From assembly GCA_029555085.1 (NCBI GenBank), contig JAKPTO010000013.1, positions 1 to 41,263 of the forward strand: a stretch of DNA of 41,263 nucleotides. Direction: 5' to 3'. Source of the stretch: a bacterium. Lineage in GTDB: Bacteria > Patescibacteriota > Patescibacteriia > UBA1558 > S5-K13. Position numbers and translations under genes: made by a program. The first letter of the stretch is position 1; each line of letters starts with the position of its first letter. The notes beneath the pieces were generated by a model. It searched no databases and was not told the DNA's origin. It worked only from the letters and a program-made list of their open reading frames with translations. Positions 19,983 to 30,996 of this stretch are shown piece by piece.

Positions 19983-20537
19983 ATGTTGACATTAATTTTA
20001 TGCGGACTCGTTGGATCGGCTGTTAGCTATTTATTGACGCGTAAAACCGTCGATAAGGCTGGTATGTTTCTTTTGATGATCTTGGCATTTGCTGTAGGTT
20101 TAATAGTCGGTTGTTTGTTAGTTTTTGTTTTACGTGGTGAAGGCAAGACAATCGAGTATGAATCTACTACTAAAACTAAGATTGTCTCTCTCGTTGATGA
20201 GAGTCGAATTTTTGGTAAATTATCCGGAGGGTTTTTCGTAATTACCGGATCCCTAGGTTCTGAGGAGTACTACAAATTTTATGTAGAAACCCCAGATGGA
20301 GGAAAGCAATTCCGCTCTCTTCCAGCTAGAAAGGTGGTTATATACGAGGAGAATACAAAAAATGCGTATATCTCCGAGTTAATGAAAAAAGTAGTATATC
20401 CGATAAGAACAAGAAATCGTTTGTTTATTCCGGAGTTTTTTGTTAATATCCCCGGCTCTCCAACCGGGAGATATGCTATACACGTCCCCAGTGGGACGAT
20501 CAGGGTGGAAGAAAATTTCCATCTTGATATGAAGTAG
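19983..20537 (+). CDS. Hypothetical membrane protein (SD-led orphan)
   Basis: Two N-terminal hydrophobic helices; AGGAGG at 19973-19978; TTGACA (19904-19909) and TAAAAT (19928-19933) upstream; visibly more GC-rich codons than its neighbours. Confidence 0.8.
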   Translation: MLTLILCGLVGSAVSYLLTRKTVDKAGMFLLMILAFAVGLIVGCLLVFVLRGEGKTIEYESTTKTKIVSLVDESRIFGKLSGGFFVITGSLGSEEYYKFYVETPDGGKQFRSLPARKVVIYEENTKNAYISELMKKVVYPIRTRNRLFIPEFFVNIPGSPTGRYAIHVPSGTIRVEENFHLDMK

Positions 20538-20547
20538 TCTTTACAAC

Positions 20548-20576
20548 AAAGGAGCTGATATAAATCAGCTCCTTTT
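20548..20576 (+). terminator. Intrinsic terminator
   Basis: AAAGGAGCTGAT-ATAA-ATCAGCTCCTTTT perfect stem. Confidence 0.85.
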
Positions 20577-20825
20577 CTAATATTTTTTAACATATATTCA
20601 TTATAAAATATTTTTTGTTTTGTAGTTTTTTATAGTCACATTTATAAACTCCATCCACGTTTAAAAATACGGAAAGAACCAAGGATTTTCAATGACAACG
20701 AATTATCTGCCAAAAGATCAGTATTGTTTTTTTAATCAAATTCGTGATATTTTCTACATTATTCAAAAAGCTTCAAAAATGCTATAATACTTGTATAAAT
20801 TATTTAAAATAATTATTTTTTATTT

Positions 20826-23189
20826 ATGCCAAGACGAAAATATAAGAGAAGGATCCAGAAAGAAACTGGACGGAATCCAGAAAAAGATATTATTTCAAAA
20901 ATAAGCCCGGAAACCAAAAAAGCAATACTGGTTTTTTGTCTTTTGATACTTGGTTTTTTGAGCTTTTTAGCACTTTTTAATTTATCTGGAAAAATAGGTC
21001 AAATTATGTTAAAAGGCATGAAATTAATTATGGGTTGGTTATATTTTTTTGTTCCTATTCTATTGTTATTTTTTGGTATTATATTTTTAAATCCAAAAAA
21101 ATATACAATTCATCTTAGGCATTATCTTGGTATTGTGTTATTCTTTTTATCAATAACTGGTTTTTTAAATTTAATAATCAGTTCAAAAGATGTATTTAAG
21201 CAAATTGCAGAAGGTCGTGGTGGCGGATATATTGGAGTTCCTTTTTATTTGGCATTTTCAAAACTTGCTGGATTTTGGGGAGCAATTGTTATTCTAGTTG
21301 GATTATTAATTATTTCTATTTTTTTAACATTTAATTTAAATTTGTCTCACCTGAGGATTGGAGAAAGAATTAGAGAATTATTAAATCCGAAACGTGAGAA
21401 AATCGATGAAGACGAAACAGATGAAACAGTTTTAAAAAGTGCAGATCAAGAAATAGAAAATAATTTTGATGACGAAGTGCAACAAAAGAGCGAAGATATA
21501 TCACCTGATAATTCTAATAAGTCAAATAAAAAATCAAAAGTATTATTTCCAACGGTTAAAAAGAAAATATACAAAGATATAAAAATTCCACTTGATTTAT
21601 TAAGTGACGAGAAAGATGTTCCTATAAGTCGTAACATAGAAGAAAGTAAAGAAATAATCAAAAGAACCTTTTCAAATTTTGGTATTAGGGTAGAAATGGG
21701 AGAGGCAAATGTTGGTCCAACCGTTACGCAGTTTACTCTAAAACCAGATGAAAACATAAAACTATCTAAAATTTTTGAATTACAAAGTAATTTAGCCCTG
21801 GCTCTTGCAGCAACACATCCACTAAGAATTGAAGCGCCGATTCCCGGAAAATCTTTAGTAGGAATAGAGGTTCCTAATAAAGTTATCTCAATAGTAAGAA
21901 TAAAAGAGGTTTTATCGGATAAGTGTTTTACAAGAAATGAGGGGCATCTTGTATTTGCTCTTGGAAAAGATGTGTCAGGAACTAATCATGTTGCGGATTT
22001 AGCAAAAATGCCACACCTTCTTATTGCTGGGTCTACAAATACCGGTAAATCAGTATGTCTTAATGTTCTTATAGTTAGCCTATTGTATAGATTAAATCCG
22101 AATGAGTTGAAATTTATAATGATTGACATGAAGAGAGTGGAATTATCACCATATAATGGAATTCCACATTTATTAACTCCAGTTATAACAAAAATCGATA
22201 AAATAGTAAATGCTCTCAAATGGTCTGTCAGTGAAATGGAAAGAAGATTGGATTTGCTTTCCAAGGTTAATAAAGTAAATATTTTTGAATACAATTCCTA
22301 TGTTTCAAAAATAGAAGATAGAATCCCTCAAATTGTAATAATAATTGATGAGTTAGCGGAGTTAATGGCTTTAGCTGGATCAGAAGTAGAAAAAGCAATT
22401 ATAAGATTGGCTCAGATGGGTAGAGCTGTTGGATTTCATTTAGTTTTAGCTACACAGCGTCCCTCAGTAAATGTAATCACTGGACTCATAAAAGCAAATA
22501 TAACATCTCGTATTGCTTTTTCTGTTGCATCTAATGTTGATTCAAGAACAATACTTGATACTTCTGGAGCAGAAAAGTTATTTGGAAGAGGTGATATGTT
22601 ATATGTGTCTTCTGAATCCTCAAAGCCACGTAGATTACAAGGAGCATTTGTATCTGGAGAAGAAAAAGAGAGGGTTATAGAATTCTTGAAAAAACAAGCA
22701 GAGCCAGATTATTTAGATGAAGTTACGGAGTTCGAAGATCGTTCTGCCGGATTTACATCTACTGGTGGTCAAGCAGATTCATTACTTGAAGAAGCAAAAA
22801 AAATAGTTGTAAAGCATGAAAAGGCCTCGTCAACATTGCTTATGCGACGACTTAGTGTGGGCTATGCAAGAGGTGCTAAAATTTTAGATCAACTTGAGGA
22901 ATGTGGTTTTGTAGGACCAGCAAATGGACCAAGACCAAGAGATGTTTTAATAACAGAAGAAGAATTTATGAGAATGGGCACTGATATTTCACAAGCGCAT
23001 GGTATTTTGCCATATTCCCAACAAGACGATAAATCATATGATGAAGACGACTTAGATGATTTATCTGAAGAAAAAGATTTTGATGAAGTATTAGATGATG
23101 AAGAAGATATAGATAATGAAGAGCTTACAGAAAACATAGAAGAAGAACAAGACGAATTTGAGGTAGATGATGACAAAACAGATGAATAA
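20826..23189 (+). CDS. ftsK: FtsK/SpoIIIE DNA translocase
   Basis: N-terminal TM domain, RIEAPIPGKSLVGIEVPN, PHLLIAGSTNTGKS, IIIDELAELM, LATQRPSV, gamma domain. Confidence 0.97.
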   Translation: MPRRKYKRRIQKETGRNPEKDIISKISPETKKAILVFCLLILGFLSFLALFNLSGKIGQIMLKGMKLIMGWLYFFVPILLLFFGIIFLNPKKYTIHLRHYLGIVLFFLSITGFLNLIISSKDVFKQIAEGRGGGYIGVPFYLAFSKLAGFWGAIVILVGLLIISIFLTFNLNLSHLRIGERIRELLNPKREKIDEDETDETVLKSADQEIENNFDDEVQQKSEDISPDNSNKSNKKSKVLFPTVKKKIYKDIKIPLDLLSDEKDVPISRNIEESKEIIKRTFSNFGIRVEMGEANVGPTVTQFTLKPDENIKLSKIFELQSNLALALAATHPLRIEAPIPGKSLVGIEVPNKVISIVRIKEVLSDKCFTRNEGHLVFALGKDVSGTNHVADLAKMPHLLIAGSTNTGKSVCLNVLIVSLLYRLNPNELKFIMIDMKRVELSPYNGIPHLLTPVITKIDKIVNALKWSVSEMERRLDLLSKVNKVNIFEYNSYVSKIEDRIPQIVIIIDELAELMALAGSEVEKAIIRLAQMGRAVGFHLVLATQRPSVNVITGLIKANITSRIAFSVASNVDSRTILDTSGAEKLFGRGDMLYVSSESSKPRRLQGAFVSGEEKERVIEFLKKQAEPDYLDEVTEFEDRSAGFTSTGGQADSLLEEAKKIVVKHEKASSTLLMRRLSVGYARGAKILDQLEECGFVGPANGPRPRDVLITEEEFMRMGTDISQAHGILPYSQQDDKSYDEDDLDDLSEEKDFDEVLDDEEDIDNEELTENIEEEQDEFEVDDDKTDE

Positions 23190-23853
23190 ATTTAAAGTTA
23201 AAAAATTAAATACTGGTTCTCTTGGGGAAAAACTTCGATTAGCAAGAGAAAGTAAAAAATTTAGTATTTCTAGTGTATCACGAGTATCTGGCATACCGGT
23301 GAAGTATTTAGAATATTTAGAGAATGAAAATTGGAAAGCATTACCAGGGGAAATTTATTTAAAAAATTTTTTAAAAAAGTATTGTAAAATTTTAGGATTA
23401 AATCAAAAACTTTGTATTGCTCAGTACGAAAAAGAAAAAAGTCTAATTCTAGAAAGGACTCCAAAAAGAATAAAAAAATTTAATTTATTTAAAAAAATTA
23501 AAGAATTTATAACACCAAGAAGGATTACTTTAATTTTAATATATTTAGGGGTAGCGTTTTTTGTTTCTTATATAGCTTTTGGGATAATGAACTATATAAA
23601 GCCACCAGAAATAAAAATTATTTACCCTGAGAAAAATTTTGTTACTATTGAAAATTCAATAGTAATTCACGGTAAAACAGAACCGGAGTCAATTTTGTTT
23701 GTAAATGATGAAGCCGTAGGCGTCTCTGAAACTGGGGATTTCTTCATTGACATTAAATTAAAACCAGGATTAAATACACTTGATATTGTTGCGCAAAAAA
23801 AACACAGTAGAAAAAATTTTGAACAAATAATTATTTATAAAAAAGATTATTAA
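23182..23853 (+). CDS. RodZ-like HTH membrane protein with C-terminal Ig-like domain
   Basis: [11 protein letters not shown]...[35 protein letters not shown], one TM helix, beta-sandwich tail ([12 protein letters not shown]). The ATG at 23182, overlapping the ftsK end, is preferred over 23167. Confidence 0.8.
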   Translation: MNKFKVKKLNTGSLGEKLRLARESKKFSISSVSRVSGIPVKYLEYLENENWKALPGEIYLKNFLKKYCKILGLNQKLCIAQYEKEKSLILERTPKRIKKFNLFKKIKEFITPRRITLILIYLGVAFFVSYIAFGIMNYIKPPEIKIIYPEKNFVTIENSIVIHGKTEPESILFVNDEAVGVSETGDFFIDIKLKPGLNTLDIVAQKKHSRKNFEQIIIYKKDY

Positions 23854-23863
23854 TAGTAAATTT

Positions 23864-24895
23864 ATGGCAAAAAAAGAAAAAAGCAAGACAACTGCTATTA
23901 ACGACAAAAGAAAAGCAGCTGATCAAGCAATTGAACAAATTAGAGAAAAATTCGGTCAGGGTTCTATTATGAAAATGGGAGCAATTCAGTCTCTCGATGT
24001 TGACTCTATAAGTACAGGATGTTTGTCTTTGGACATTGCTCTTGGTGTGGGCGGTGTTCCACGCGGAAGAGTTATAGAGCTTTTTGGACCAGAATCATCC
24101 GGAAAAACAACCCTAGCACAACATATAGTTGCGGAAACACAAAAAAAGGGTGGCGTGGCTGCTTTTATAGATGTAGAGCACGCACTTGATCCGGTTTATG
24201 CAAAAAAAATAGGAATAAACATAGACGATCTAATTCTTTCTCAGCCAGACGCTGGAGAACAAGCACTTGAAATATTAGAAACCTTAATTAGATCAAACGC
24301 AATTGATGTTATTGTTGTTGATTCTGTCGCGGCCTTGGTTCCTCAAGCAGAAATTGATGGAGAAATGGGAGATCAGCAAATAGGATTGCAGGCAAGACTT
24401 ATGAGTAAGGCGCTTAGAAAAATTACTCCAATAGTTTCCAAGAGCAGGACAGTGGTAATATTTATTAATCAAATAAGGATGAAAATTGGAGTATTTTTTG
24501 GAAATCCAGAAACAACTCCAGGCGGAAAAGCTCTCAAATTTTATTCATCAGTAAGAATAGAAGTTAGAAGAGCAGCTGTTATAAAAAGAAAAGAAGAAAT
24601 AATAGGCAATCGTGTTAATTGTAAAATTGTTAAAAACAAAGTCGCAGCCCCATTTACAGATTGTCAGTTTGATATTTTATATAATGAAGGAATTTCAATG
24701 GCTGGCGACATTCTCGATGTTGGAATGAAATATAATATTTTAAGCAAAACTGGAAACACTGTTTTTTTTGGAAAAACAAAATTAGGAGTCGGAAGAGAAG
24801 ATACTAGATTATTTATTAAGAACAACAAAGACATTGCAAATCAAATCAGGGAAGAGGTTTTGAAAAAAGTTAAAGAACAACGAGAATTAGAATAA
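23864..24895 (+). CDS. recA: Recombinase RecA
   Basis: [61 protein letters not shown]. Confidence 0.99.
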   Translation: MAKKEKSKTTAINDKRKAADQAIEQIREKFGQGSIMKMGAIQSLDVDSISTGCLSLDIALGVGGVPRGRVIELFGPESSGKTTLAQHIVAETQKKGGVAAFIDVEHALDPVYAKKIGINIDDLILSQPDAGEQALEILETLIRSNAIDVIVVDSVAALVPQAEIDGEMGDQQIGLQARLMSKALRKITPIVSKSRTVVIFINQIRMKIGVFFGNPETTPGGKALKFYSSVRIEVRRAAVIKRKEEIIGNRVNCKIVKNKVAAPFTDCQFDILYNEGISMAGDILDVGMKYNILSKTGNTVFFGKTKLGVGREDTRLFIKNNKDIANQIREEVLKKVKEQRELE

Positions 24896-24932
24896 TTTAC
24901 CTTTATTTAGATTTCAGAGGATATAAATATAA

Positions 24933-26357
24933 ATGTCTCAAGCTAAAAAAATAGCGTATAATTCAATAGTACAAATCATCGGAAAGGGAATAAATGTATT
25001 GCTTGGTGTTTTGGCTGTATCGTGCTTAACAAGATATTTAGAACCAGCTGGATTTGGAATGTATACAACGGTTCTTACATTTCTACAAATTGTTTTTATA
25101 TTTTTGGATTTTGGTTTATATATAATTTTACTTCAGGAATTATCAAAAGAAGATATAGATAAAAATAGCGCCTTTAATAATATAGTAAGTTTAAGAATTG
25201 TATCTGGACTCTCTGTTTTTATTATAGCGCCGGTATTAGGATTGTTTTTTCCATATCCAGCAATTGTTAAATGGGGGATATTTTTAACATCGCTTACTTT
25301 TTATCTAAATGGAATTGTTCAGGTTTATTCAGCTGTGCTTCAGAAGGAAATGAAAATGCATAAATTTGTATTATCTGAAACAATTTCAAAAATAATTTTT
25401 CTTGGACTTATAATATTTTTTGTAAAAATAAAAGCAGGGCTAATACCAATACTTCTTGCAAATAACATTCATGCCATTATATTTTTTATGATGATGCATT
25501 TTTATGTTTCTAAATATTTTAAATATAAATGGGCTTTTGATGTTTTATATATAAAAGAAGTTCTTCGTATGTGTTGGCCAATTGCAGTCACAACAATTTT
25601 GAACTTAATATATTTTAAGGCAGACACATTAATTTTATCTTTATACAGATCTCAGGCAGATGTAGGACTCTATAGCGCGCCATATAAAGTTTTAGAAGTA
25701 ATAACAACTTTGCCACACATGATTCTTGGATTAGTATTGCCAACATTTGTTTTGCACTTTACTTCAAAGAAAAAACAGGAACTTCACAATTCTATACAGA
25801 AAGTTTTTGATGCGTTTGTGGTATTTACTTTTCTACTTGTTTTTGTTTTTACAATTGAAGCATCTGGAATAATAAAATTTATTGCCGGAGCTGATTATGG
25901 CGCTTCGGTTCCACTTTTGAAAATTTTAATTTGGCCAGCTATTATAATATATTTTAGCAACTTGTTTAATTATGCGATAATCGCAATTGGAAAACAAAAG
26001 CAGACAATTGGATATTTTTTAATATGCGCGGTTTTAGGATTTGCGGGGTATTTAATATTTATACCAATTTATGGTTATTATGGCGCGGCCTACATGACAT
26101 TATTTATAGAATTATTAATAGCTGTGTTTTCATATTGTTTACTTAGAAAAAACATTGATTTTAAATTAAATTTCAAAACCCTCTTTAAGGTTTTAATTAT
26201 ATCAATTTTGTCTCATTTTATTCTTTATATTATAAAGTTACCATTTTTAATACATACTATCTTGGCATGTTTTATATACATTTTTTTAATAATAATTTTC
26301 AAAGTAGTTCCGATTGATTTTATAAAAGAATTATTAAACATGAAAAAAAATGTTTGA
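24933..26357 (+). CDS. Wzx-type oligosaccharide flippase
   Basis: Polytopic membrane protein; TRYLEPAGFGMY, DFGL, IYFKADTLILS...VGLYSAPYK, GYYGAAY. Confidence 0.88.
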   Translation: MSQAKKIAYNSIVQIIGKGINVLLGVLAVSCLTRYLEPAGFGMYTTVLTFLQIVFIFLDFGLYIILLQELSKEDIDKNSAFNNIVSLRIVSGLSVFIIAPVLGLFFPYPAIVKWGIFLTSLTFYLNGIVQVYSAVLQKEMKMHKFVLSETISKIIFLGLIIFFVKIKAGLIPILLANNIHAIIFFMMMHFYVSKYFKYKWAFDVLYIKEVLRMCWPIAVTTILNLIYFKADTLILSLYRSQADVGLYSAPYKVLEVITTLPHMILGLVLPTFVLHFTSKKKQELHNSIQKVFDAFVVFTFLLVFVFTIEASGIIKFIAGADYGASVPLLKILIWPAIIIYFSNLFNYAIIAIGKQKQTIGYFLICAVLGFAGYLIFIPIYGYYGAAYMTLFIELLIAVFSYCLLRKNIDFKLNFKTLFKVLIISILSHFILYIIKLPFLIHTILACFIYIFLIIIFKVVPIDFIKELLNMKKNV

Positions 26358-27666
26358 GTTAATATTATTATTTTCAATTTTATTTTTTATTTTTTCGTGG
26401 AGAAATTTTGAGCTATCTCTTTATAGTGTATTTTTACTTCTTCCTACATACAGAATTCAATTTAATATTTTTAATTTACCATTTAATTTATTGTCTTTAA
26501 TAATTTGGATAGTTGTTCTAGTTTTTTTTATAAAAAATATTAAAAAAATTCCAAATATTTTTAAAGATTTTAAAACTAAAATAAAATCTCCGAATATTTT
26601 TTCACCATTTAGATTGCCAATTATTTTAATATTAATTTCGTCTTATATTGCTATATTTTTTTCAAGTAAAACCGTAAAAGCGTTTGGAATTTTTAAATCA
26701 TATTTTTTAGAAAGCCTATTTTTGTTTGTGATTTTGGTTTTTACTATTAGAACAAAAAGTCAGTTTAAAAAAATTATATATTCGTTGGGAATTTTAAGTA
26801 TTTTAATTTTCTTTTTGGGATTATATCAGAAATTGACAGGTGATTTTGTTTACAACACAACAAATATAATAGAATCAAGTAGAATCACAACATTTTTTGG
26901 TTATCCAAACGCAAATGGATTAATTTTATTACCAATATTTTTCTTAACCCTTTTAAATTTATTTGAAGACAAAAAAATATATTTAAAAATATTTAATATT
27001 TTAGTTTTGGTTTTATCAGTTATCACAATTTTTTGGGCAAAATCAGAAAGCGCTATTGTTGCTATAATTGCAGGAATTTTAATATCTATAAGTTTTAAAC
27101 TATTTAATAATAAAAAGTTTTTTATATTTGTTTCTTCTTGTGTGATAATAGTTGCGTTTATATTCCCATTTACTATAAGAGCGCCTTATAAAATTGATGA
27201 ACCCGGAACAAAAGTTTATTCAGTACAAGAAAAATTATTGTTAAAAGATTTGTCAGGACAAGTCAGGCGACAAATGTGGAAAGAAACAATTGATTTTATA
27301 AAAGATAATCCAATTACTGGCGCTGGGCTTGTTTCTTATCAAGACAAAGTTGCGAGCTATCATAAATTTAATTATATAGAAATATTTTTATATCCACATA
27401 ATATATTTTTAAATTTTTGGGTAACTCTGGGATTATTAGGAGTGATTAGCTTTTTTTGGCTTATAATAGCCGTTTTTAGAGTGTGTATTAAAAGTTATTT
27501 TAATTCTTCAAAAGAGCAAATTTTTATACTTCTTACAATGTTAGTCACAATAATTCAGGGAATAGTCGAGGTTCCGTATTTTAAAAATGATTTAAGTATT
27601 ATTTGGTGGCTAATTATTTTAGGCGCTATTTTATTTAAAAAAGAATCATTTGGGAAATCATACTAA
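26350..27666 (+). CDS. O-antigen ligase/Wzy_C family membrane protein
   Basis: RITTFFGYPNANG, R..MWKETI..IKDNPITGAGL, YPHNIFLNFWVTLGLLG. Confidence 0.88.
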   Translation: MFELILLFSILFFIFSWRNFELSLYSVFLLLPTYRIQFNIFNLPFNLLSLIIWIVVLVFFIKNIKKIPNIFKDFKTKIKSPNIFSPFRLPIILILISSYIAIFFSSKTVKAFGIFKSYFLESLFLFVILVFTIRTKSQFKKIIYSLGILSILIFFLGLYQKLTGDFVYNTTNIIESSRITTFFGYPNANGLILLPIFFLTLLNLFEDKKIYLKIFNILVLVLSVITIFWAKSESAIVAIIAGILISISFKLFNNKKFFIFVSSCVIIVAFIFPFTIRAPYKIDEPGTKVYSVQEKLLLKDLSGQVRRQMWKETIDFIKDNPITGAGLVSYQDKVASYHKFNYIEIFLYPHNIFLNFWVTLGLLGVISFFWLIIAVFRVCIKSYFNSSKEQIFILLTMLVTIIQGIVEVPYFKNDLSIIWWLIILGAILFKKESFGKSY

Positions 27667-27706
27667 TATCTGCTATAATAGAAATATAAACATTGATTAA
27701 ACAATA

Positions 27707-29917
27707 ATGAAAAAAATAATATTTTTTATATTTTTATTTATCCTTGTAACATTTTTTGCTTCACCTGTTTTTTCGCAGGACTATGATTCTGATTTTAATA
27801 AAAACAATATCATTTCCGATTATCAGATGTTTGACTACAATTCAATGAATCAAACTCAGATTCAGCAATTTTTACAAAGCAAGAATTCTTATTTAGCAAA
27901 TTATTCGACAGAAGATTTTGAGGGTATTGTGAAACCAGCTTCGCAGATTATTTATGAGGCAGCATTGCGTTATAGAGTTAATCCAAAATACATTTTAGTT
28001 ACACTTCAAAAAGAACAAAGCTTGATTCAGTGGGAAGGTACTCCTCCACAGAAAAGATTGGACTGGGCTTGTGGATATGGAGTGTGTGATTCTTGTTCTA
28101 TGGCGGATGAAAAAATTCAAAAATACAAAGGATTTGGAAAACAAATTGATAACACAGCTGGAGCAATGAGGTTTTATTATGACAACGCAAATGTTTATGG
28201 TTTTATAAAAAAATCAAATACTCAAATTGAAATAGATGGAGAAGTTTTGGTTCCCATTAATCAAGCGACTGCAAATTTATACACATATACTCCTCACATA
28301 AGAGGCAATTATACTTTTTGGAGAGTTTGGCAGAGGTATTTTGGAGATCCACTTTCAGGTAGTAGAGAATCTATTGCGAGTATTTCAACAGAGTATATGT
28401 TACAAATAATTGGTTCAGCTGAAAGCGAAGTATCAGCAAAAGAGGGAGAATTAGCTTCATATTGGGTTGAATATTTAAATATTGGAACGGCAACATGGAC
28501 AAATGAAGATTTAAAAAAATTATATTTAATAGACACAAAATACAAAACAAAGATTCCAATAATTTCAAAGACCTCTACATTTACAGCGGATGATGCAACA
28601 AGAAGCGATATAAAAGTTTATTCACAGAGACAGTCAGTTGCTCCAGGAGAAGTACTAAGAATTACTGTAACAGAGCCATCAACCTATGAAGGAATAAAAT
28701 CATATTCTTACATGTTGGTTTATGATGGTCGTGGTTGGTTTACTGATAGTGATATTAATTTTAATGTGAAAACTCAATTTAGATACGAGGGATCTTATCA
28801 GGGAGGAGTTCCAGAACAAATGGAGCCATTAAAAAAATATACAATGAAAATAAAATATAAAAATACAGGAATTTCAACATGGACAAAAGCTGATGTAAAA
28901 ATGAAATATATAACTCCAGACGGCAAAGAAGGTTATGCATCCATGGTTCAATCATCAGTTTCGCCAAACAAAACAGCAGAATTTATTATAACAGATACTC
29001 CAAAAAGCGTTGGGGCGAGAGCTTATGAATTTTCTTTGTATAAGCAGGTTGATAAAACAAAAATGAATAAATTTCCATCAGGAGATTATAAAGCAAATAC
29101 AAATGTTTCTGTAAAATTAGGCGCGCAACTCATAAGTCATGATATTCCCAAAACAATGCTACCGAGCGAAACAAAAACTATTACAGTAAAATTTAAAAAT
29201 GCCGGAACCGAAAAGTGGGACAAAAATTTGGTTCTTCGTGCTTATGATAAAATTAGTCCATTTACAAGAAGTATTTTTAAAGGAAGTGATTGGGAATCAT
29301 CTTATGCTGTAAAAACCATAAAAGGAACAGTTAATTCAGGAGAAGAATATATTGCTACTTTTGATATAAAAGCCCCTAAAAAAGTTGGCAAGTATCCATT
29401 TTATTTACAATTAGAGTGGGGTAAGGGTTATAAAGAAATTATAATTGACGATGTAATGTCAAAGAAATTTATAATTGATGTTACAAAGGAATCTGTCGCT
29501 ACACAAACAAATAGCGCAAATACACAATCAGACAGCACAAAAACAAAATTAGCTCAAGGAATTAGTATTGATCGTCCTTTGACAATGAGTCCAGGAGAAG
29601 CAAGAACAGTGACTCTAATTTTGAAGAATTCCGGAACTGAAAAGTGGGATTATCGTTATGTTCTTCGTGGATACAAAACATTGAATCCGTTTTCTGGAAG
29701 TAATTTTCGTGATTCATCTTGGATATCTGCAATGGCAATTGATAAAGTAAGGGCTACTGTAAATCCGGGAGAAAAATATGCTTTTACTTTTAAGATAAAA
29801 GCACCAACAACCCCAGGTATGTATAAATTATATTTGCAATTTGAATATGGCTCTAAGTATGAGGAAATTGCAATTGATGGAGAGGAAACAAAAGAGTACC
29901 CTATTGAAGTGAAATAA
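27707..29917 (+). CDS. Secreted protein: N-terminal putative lysozyme-like domain plus NBR1/Ig-like repeats
   Basis: Signal peptide; VNPKYILVTLQKEQSLI...ACGYGVCD...ATANLYTYTPH domain; four repeats with (K/L)NxGxxxW, two of them ending F.IKAP..PG/VG.Y. Confidence 0.7.
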   Translation: MKKIIFFIFLFILVTFFASPVFSQDYDSDFNKNNIISDYQMFDYNSMNQTQIQQFLQSKNSYLANYSTEDFEGIVKPASQIIYEAALRYRVNPKYILVTLQKEQSLIQWEGTPPQKRLDWACGYGVCDSCSMADEKIQKYKGFGKQIDNTAGAMRFYYDNANVYGFIKKSNTQIEIDGEVLVPINQATANLYTYTPHIRGNYTFWRVWQRYFGDPLSGSRESIASISTEYMLQIIGSAESEVSAKEGELASYWVEYLNIGTATWTNEDLKKLYLIDTKYKTKIPIISKTSTFTADDATRSDIKVYSQRQSVAPGEVLRITVTEPSTYEGIKSYSYMLVYDGRGWFTDSDINFNVKTQFRYEGSYQGGVPEQMEPLKKYTMKIKYKNTGISTWTKADVKMKYITPDGKEGYASMVQSSVSPNKTAEFIITDTPKSVGARAYEFSLYKQVDKTKMNKFPSGDYKANTNVSVKLGAQLISHDIPKTMLPSETKTITVKFKNAGTEKWDKNLVLRAYDKISPFTRSIFKGSDWESSYAVKTIKGTVNSGEEYIATFDIKAPKKVGKYPFYLQLEWGKGYKEIIIDDVMSKKFIIDVTKESVATQTNSANTQSDSTKTKLAQGISIDRPLTMSPGEARTVTLILKNSGTEKWDYRYVLRGYKTLNPFSGSNFRDSSWISAMAIDKVRATVNPGEKYAFTFKIKAPTTPGMYKLYLQFEYGSKYEEIAIDGEETKEYPIEVK

Positions 29918-29937
29918 TTTTTTATTAAAATTATGTT

Positions 29938-30990
29938 ATGAGAGAGAAGACACATTATGAAAATATCGTAGGGGGTACGGAAGCAGAAAAGAAAAAAGCA
30001 AGAGAAGAACTTCAGAAATTTTTTGATGGCGACGGTGGATTTTTTAAATACGAAATTGAAAAGTCTCCAGAAGATTTAGAAATAATAAAAAAAACAGAAT
30101 CAATTGTTGATAAAATAATTTCTCAATATGGAGGGGATATTAGAAAACTTCCATTGGATAATATACACATTTTAAAAGAAGGGAGCGTTGACCAAATGAC
30201 GGACGGAGAATTGGCGGTGGGTCTGCATAAGCCACTTTGTTTGCACATTGGCATAGAGAAGCAAAAATCAAAATTAGTATTTGCAAGCTTTGTAGCACAC
30301 GAATTATTTCATTTAAAATCTTATAAATCTGCTAGAGTCGGTAATTCAGGAGAAGATGTGCGTCTTTATAGAAGCGGATTTTCAATGGTGGATAAAAAGG
30401 ACACTTCAAAAGAGTGTGGAGCCGAGATAGAGTATTTTTCAAAATTAGAAGAAGCAATTGTATCAGAATGTGTAAAAAAATTTTTGGAAGAAATTGAAAA
30501 AGAAGATCTTTTTATGGATGAAATTAATGCAATAAACAAGATAAAGAATTGGGTAGCTGGATTTTGTATAAAAAATGGTAAAACCCCAGATCAGGTTAAG
30601 GAGTTGATTATTGAAGAAGTAAAGTATATAGATGATCCACAAAGTATAGTCAATTCTGTAATTTCTTTTTCTAGGAAAGAATCAGAGAGACAAGCGTATG
30701 CAGCCGGCATATTCAGTGCTTATTTAGAAGAAAATGGTGTTGAGTTTTTAGAAAGAAGAAATGAAAGAATAATGCTATATAAATTGTTAGATTATTTAGT
30801 TAAAAATTCAAATGGAAGATTTAAAGATAGGGACGAAATTTTTGATGAATTTGCAAGAGCTAATTTTTCTGGGAATTATTTAAAGATAGCAAGAATTATT
30901 GAAAGTATTTTAGGTAGTGGTTCTTTTAGAAAACTAGCAGAAGATTTTAGCAATGTTAATCAAGAAGAATATTCATTGGATGCTAAATAA
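29938..30990 (+). CDS. Hypothetical protein with HExxH motif (putative zincin)
   Basis: VAHELFHLKS with a downstream LEEAI; no signal peptide. Confidence 0.65.
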   Translation: MREKTHYENIVGGTEAEKKKAREELQKFFDGDGGFFKYEIEKSPEDLEIIKKTESIVDKIISQYGGDIRKLPLDNIHILKEGSVDQMTDGELAVGLHKPLCLHIGIEKQKSKLVFASFVAHELFHLKSYKSARVGNSGEDVRLYRSGFSMVDKKDTSKECGAEIEYFSKLEEAIVSECVKKFLEEIEKEDLFMDEINAINKIKNWVAGFCIKNGKTPDQVKELIIEEVKYIDDPQSIVNSVISFSRKESERQAYAAGIFSAYLEENGVEFLERRNERIMLYKLLDYLVKNSNGRFKDRDEIFDEFARANFSGNYLKIARIIESILGSGSFRKLAEDFSNVNQEEYSLDAK

Positions 30991-30996
30991 TTTTTT

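Noticed and set aside
16310-20576. Integrative element at tRNA-Gly
   Set aside because: I found no duplicate of the tRNA-Gly 3' end and no integrase downstream.
20580-20825. Possible gene remnant upstream of ftsK
   Set aside because: The sequence looks slightly coding-like, but no frame I read gave a recognisable motif.
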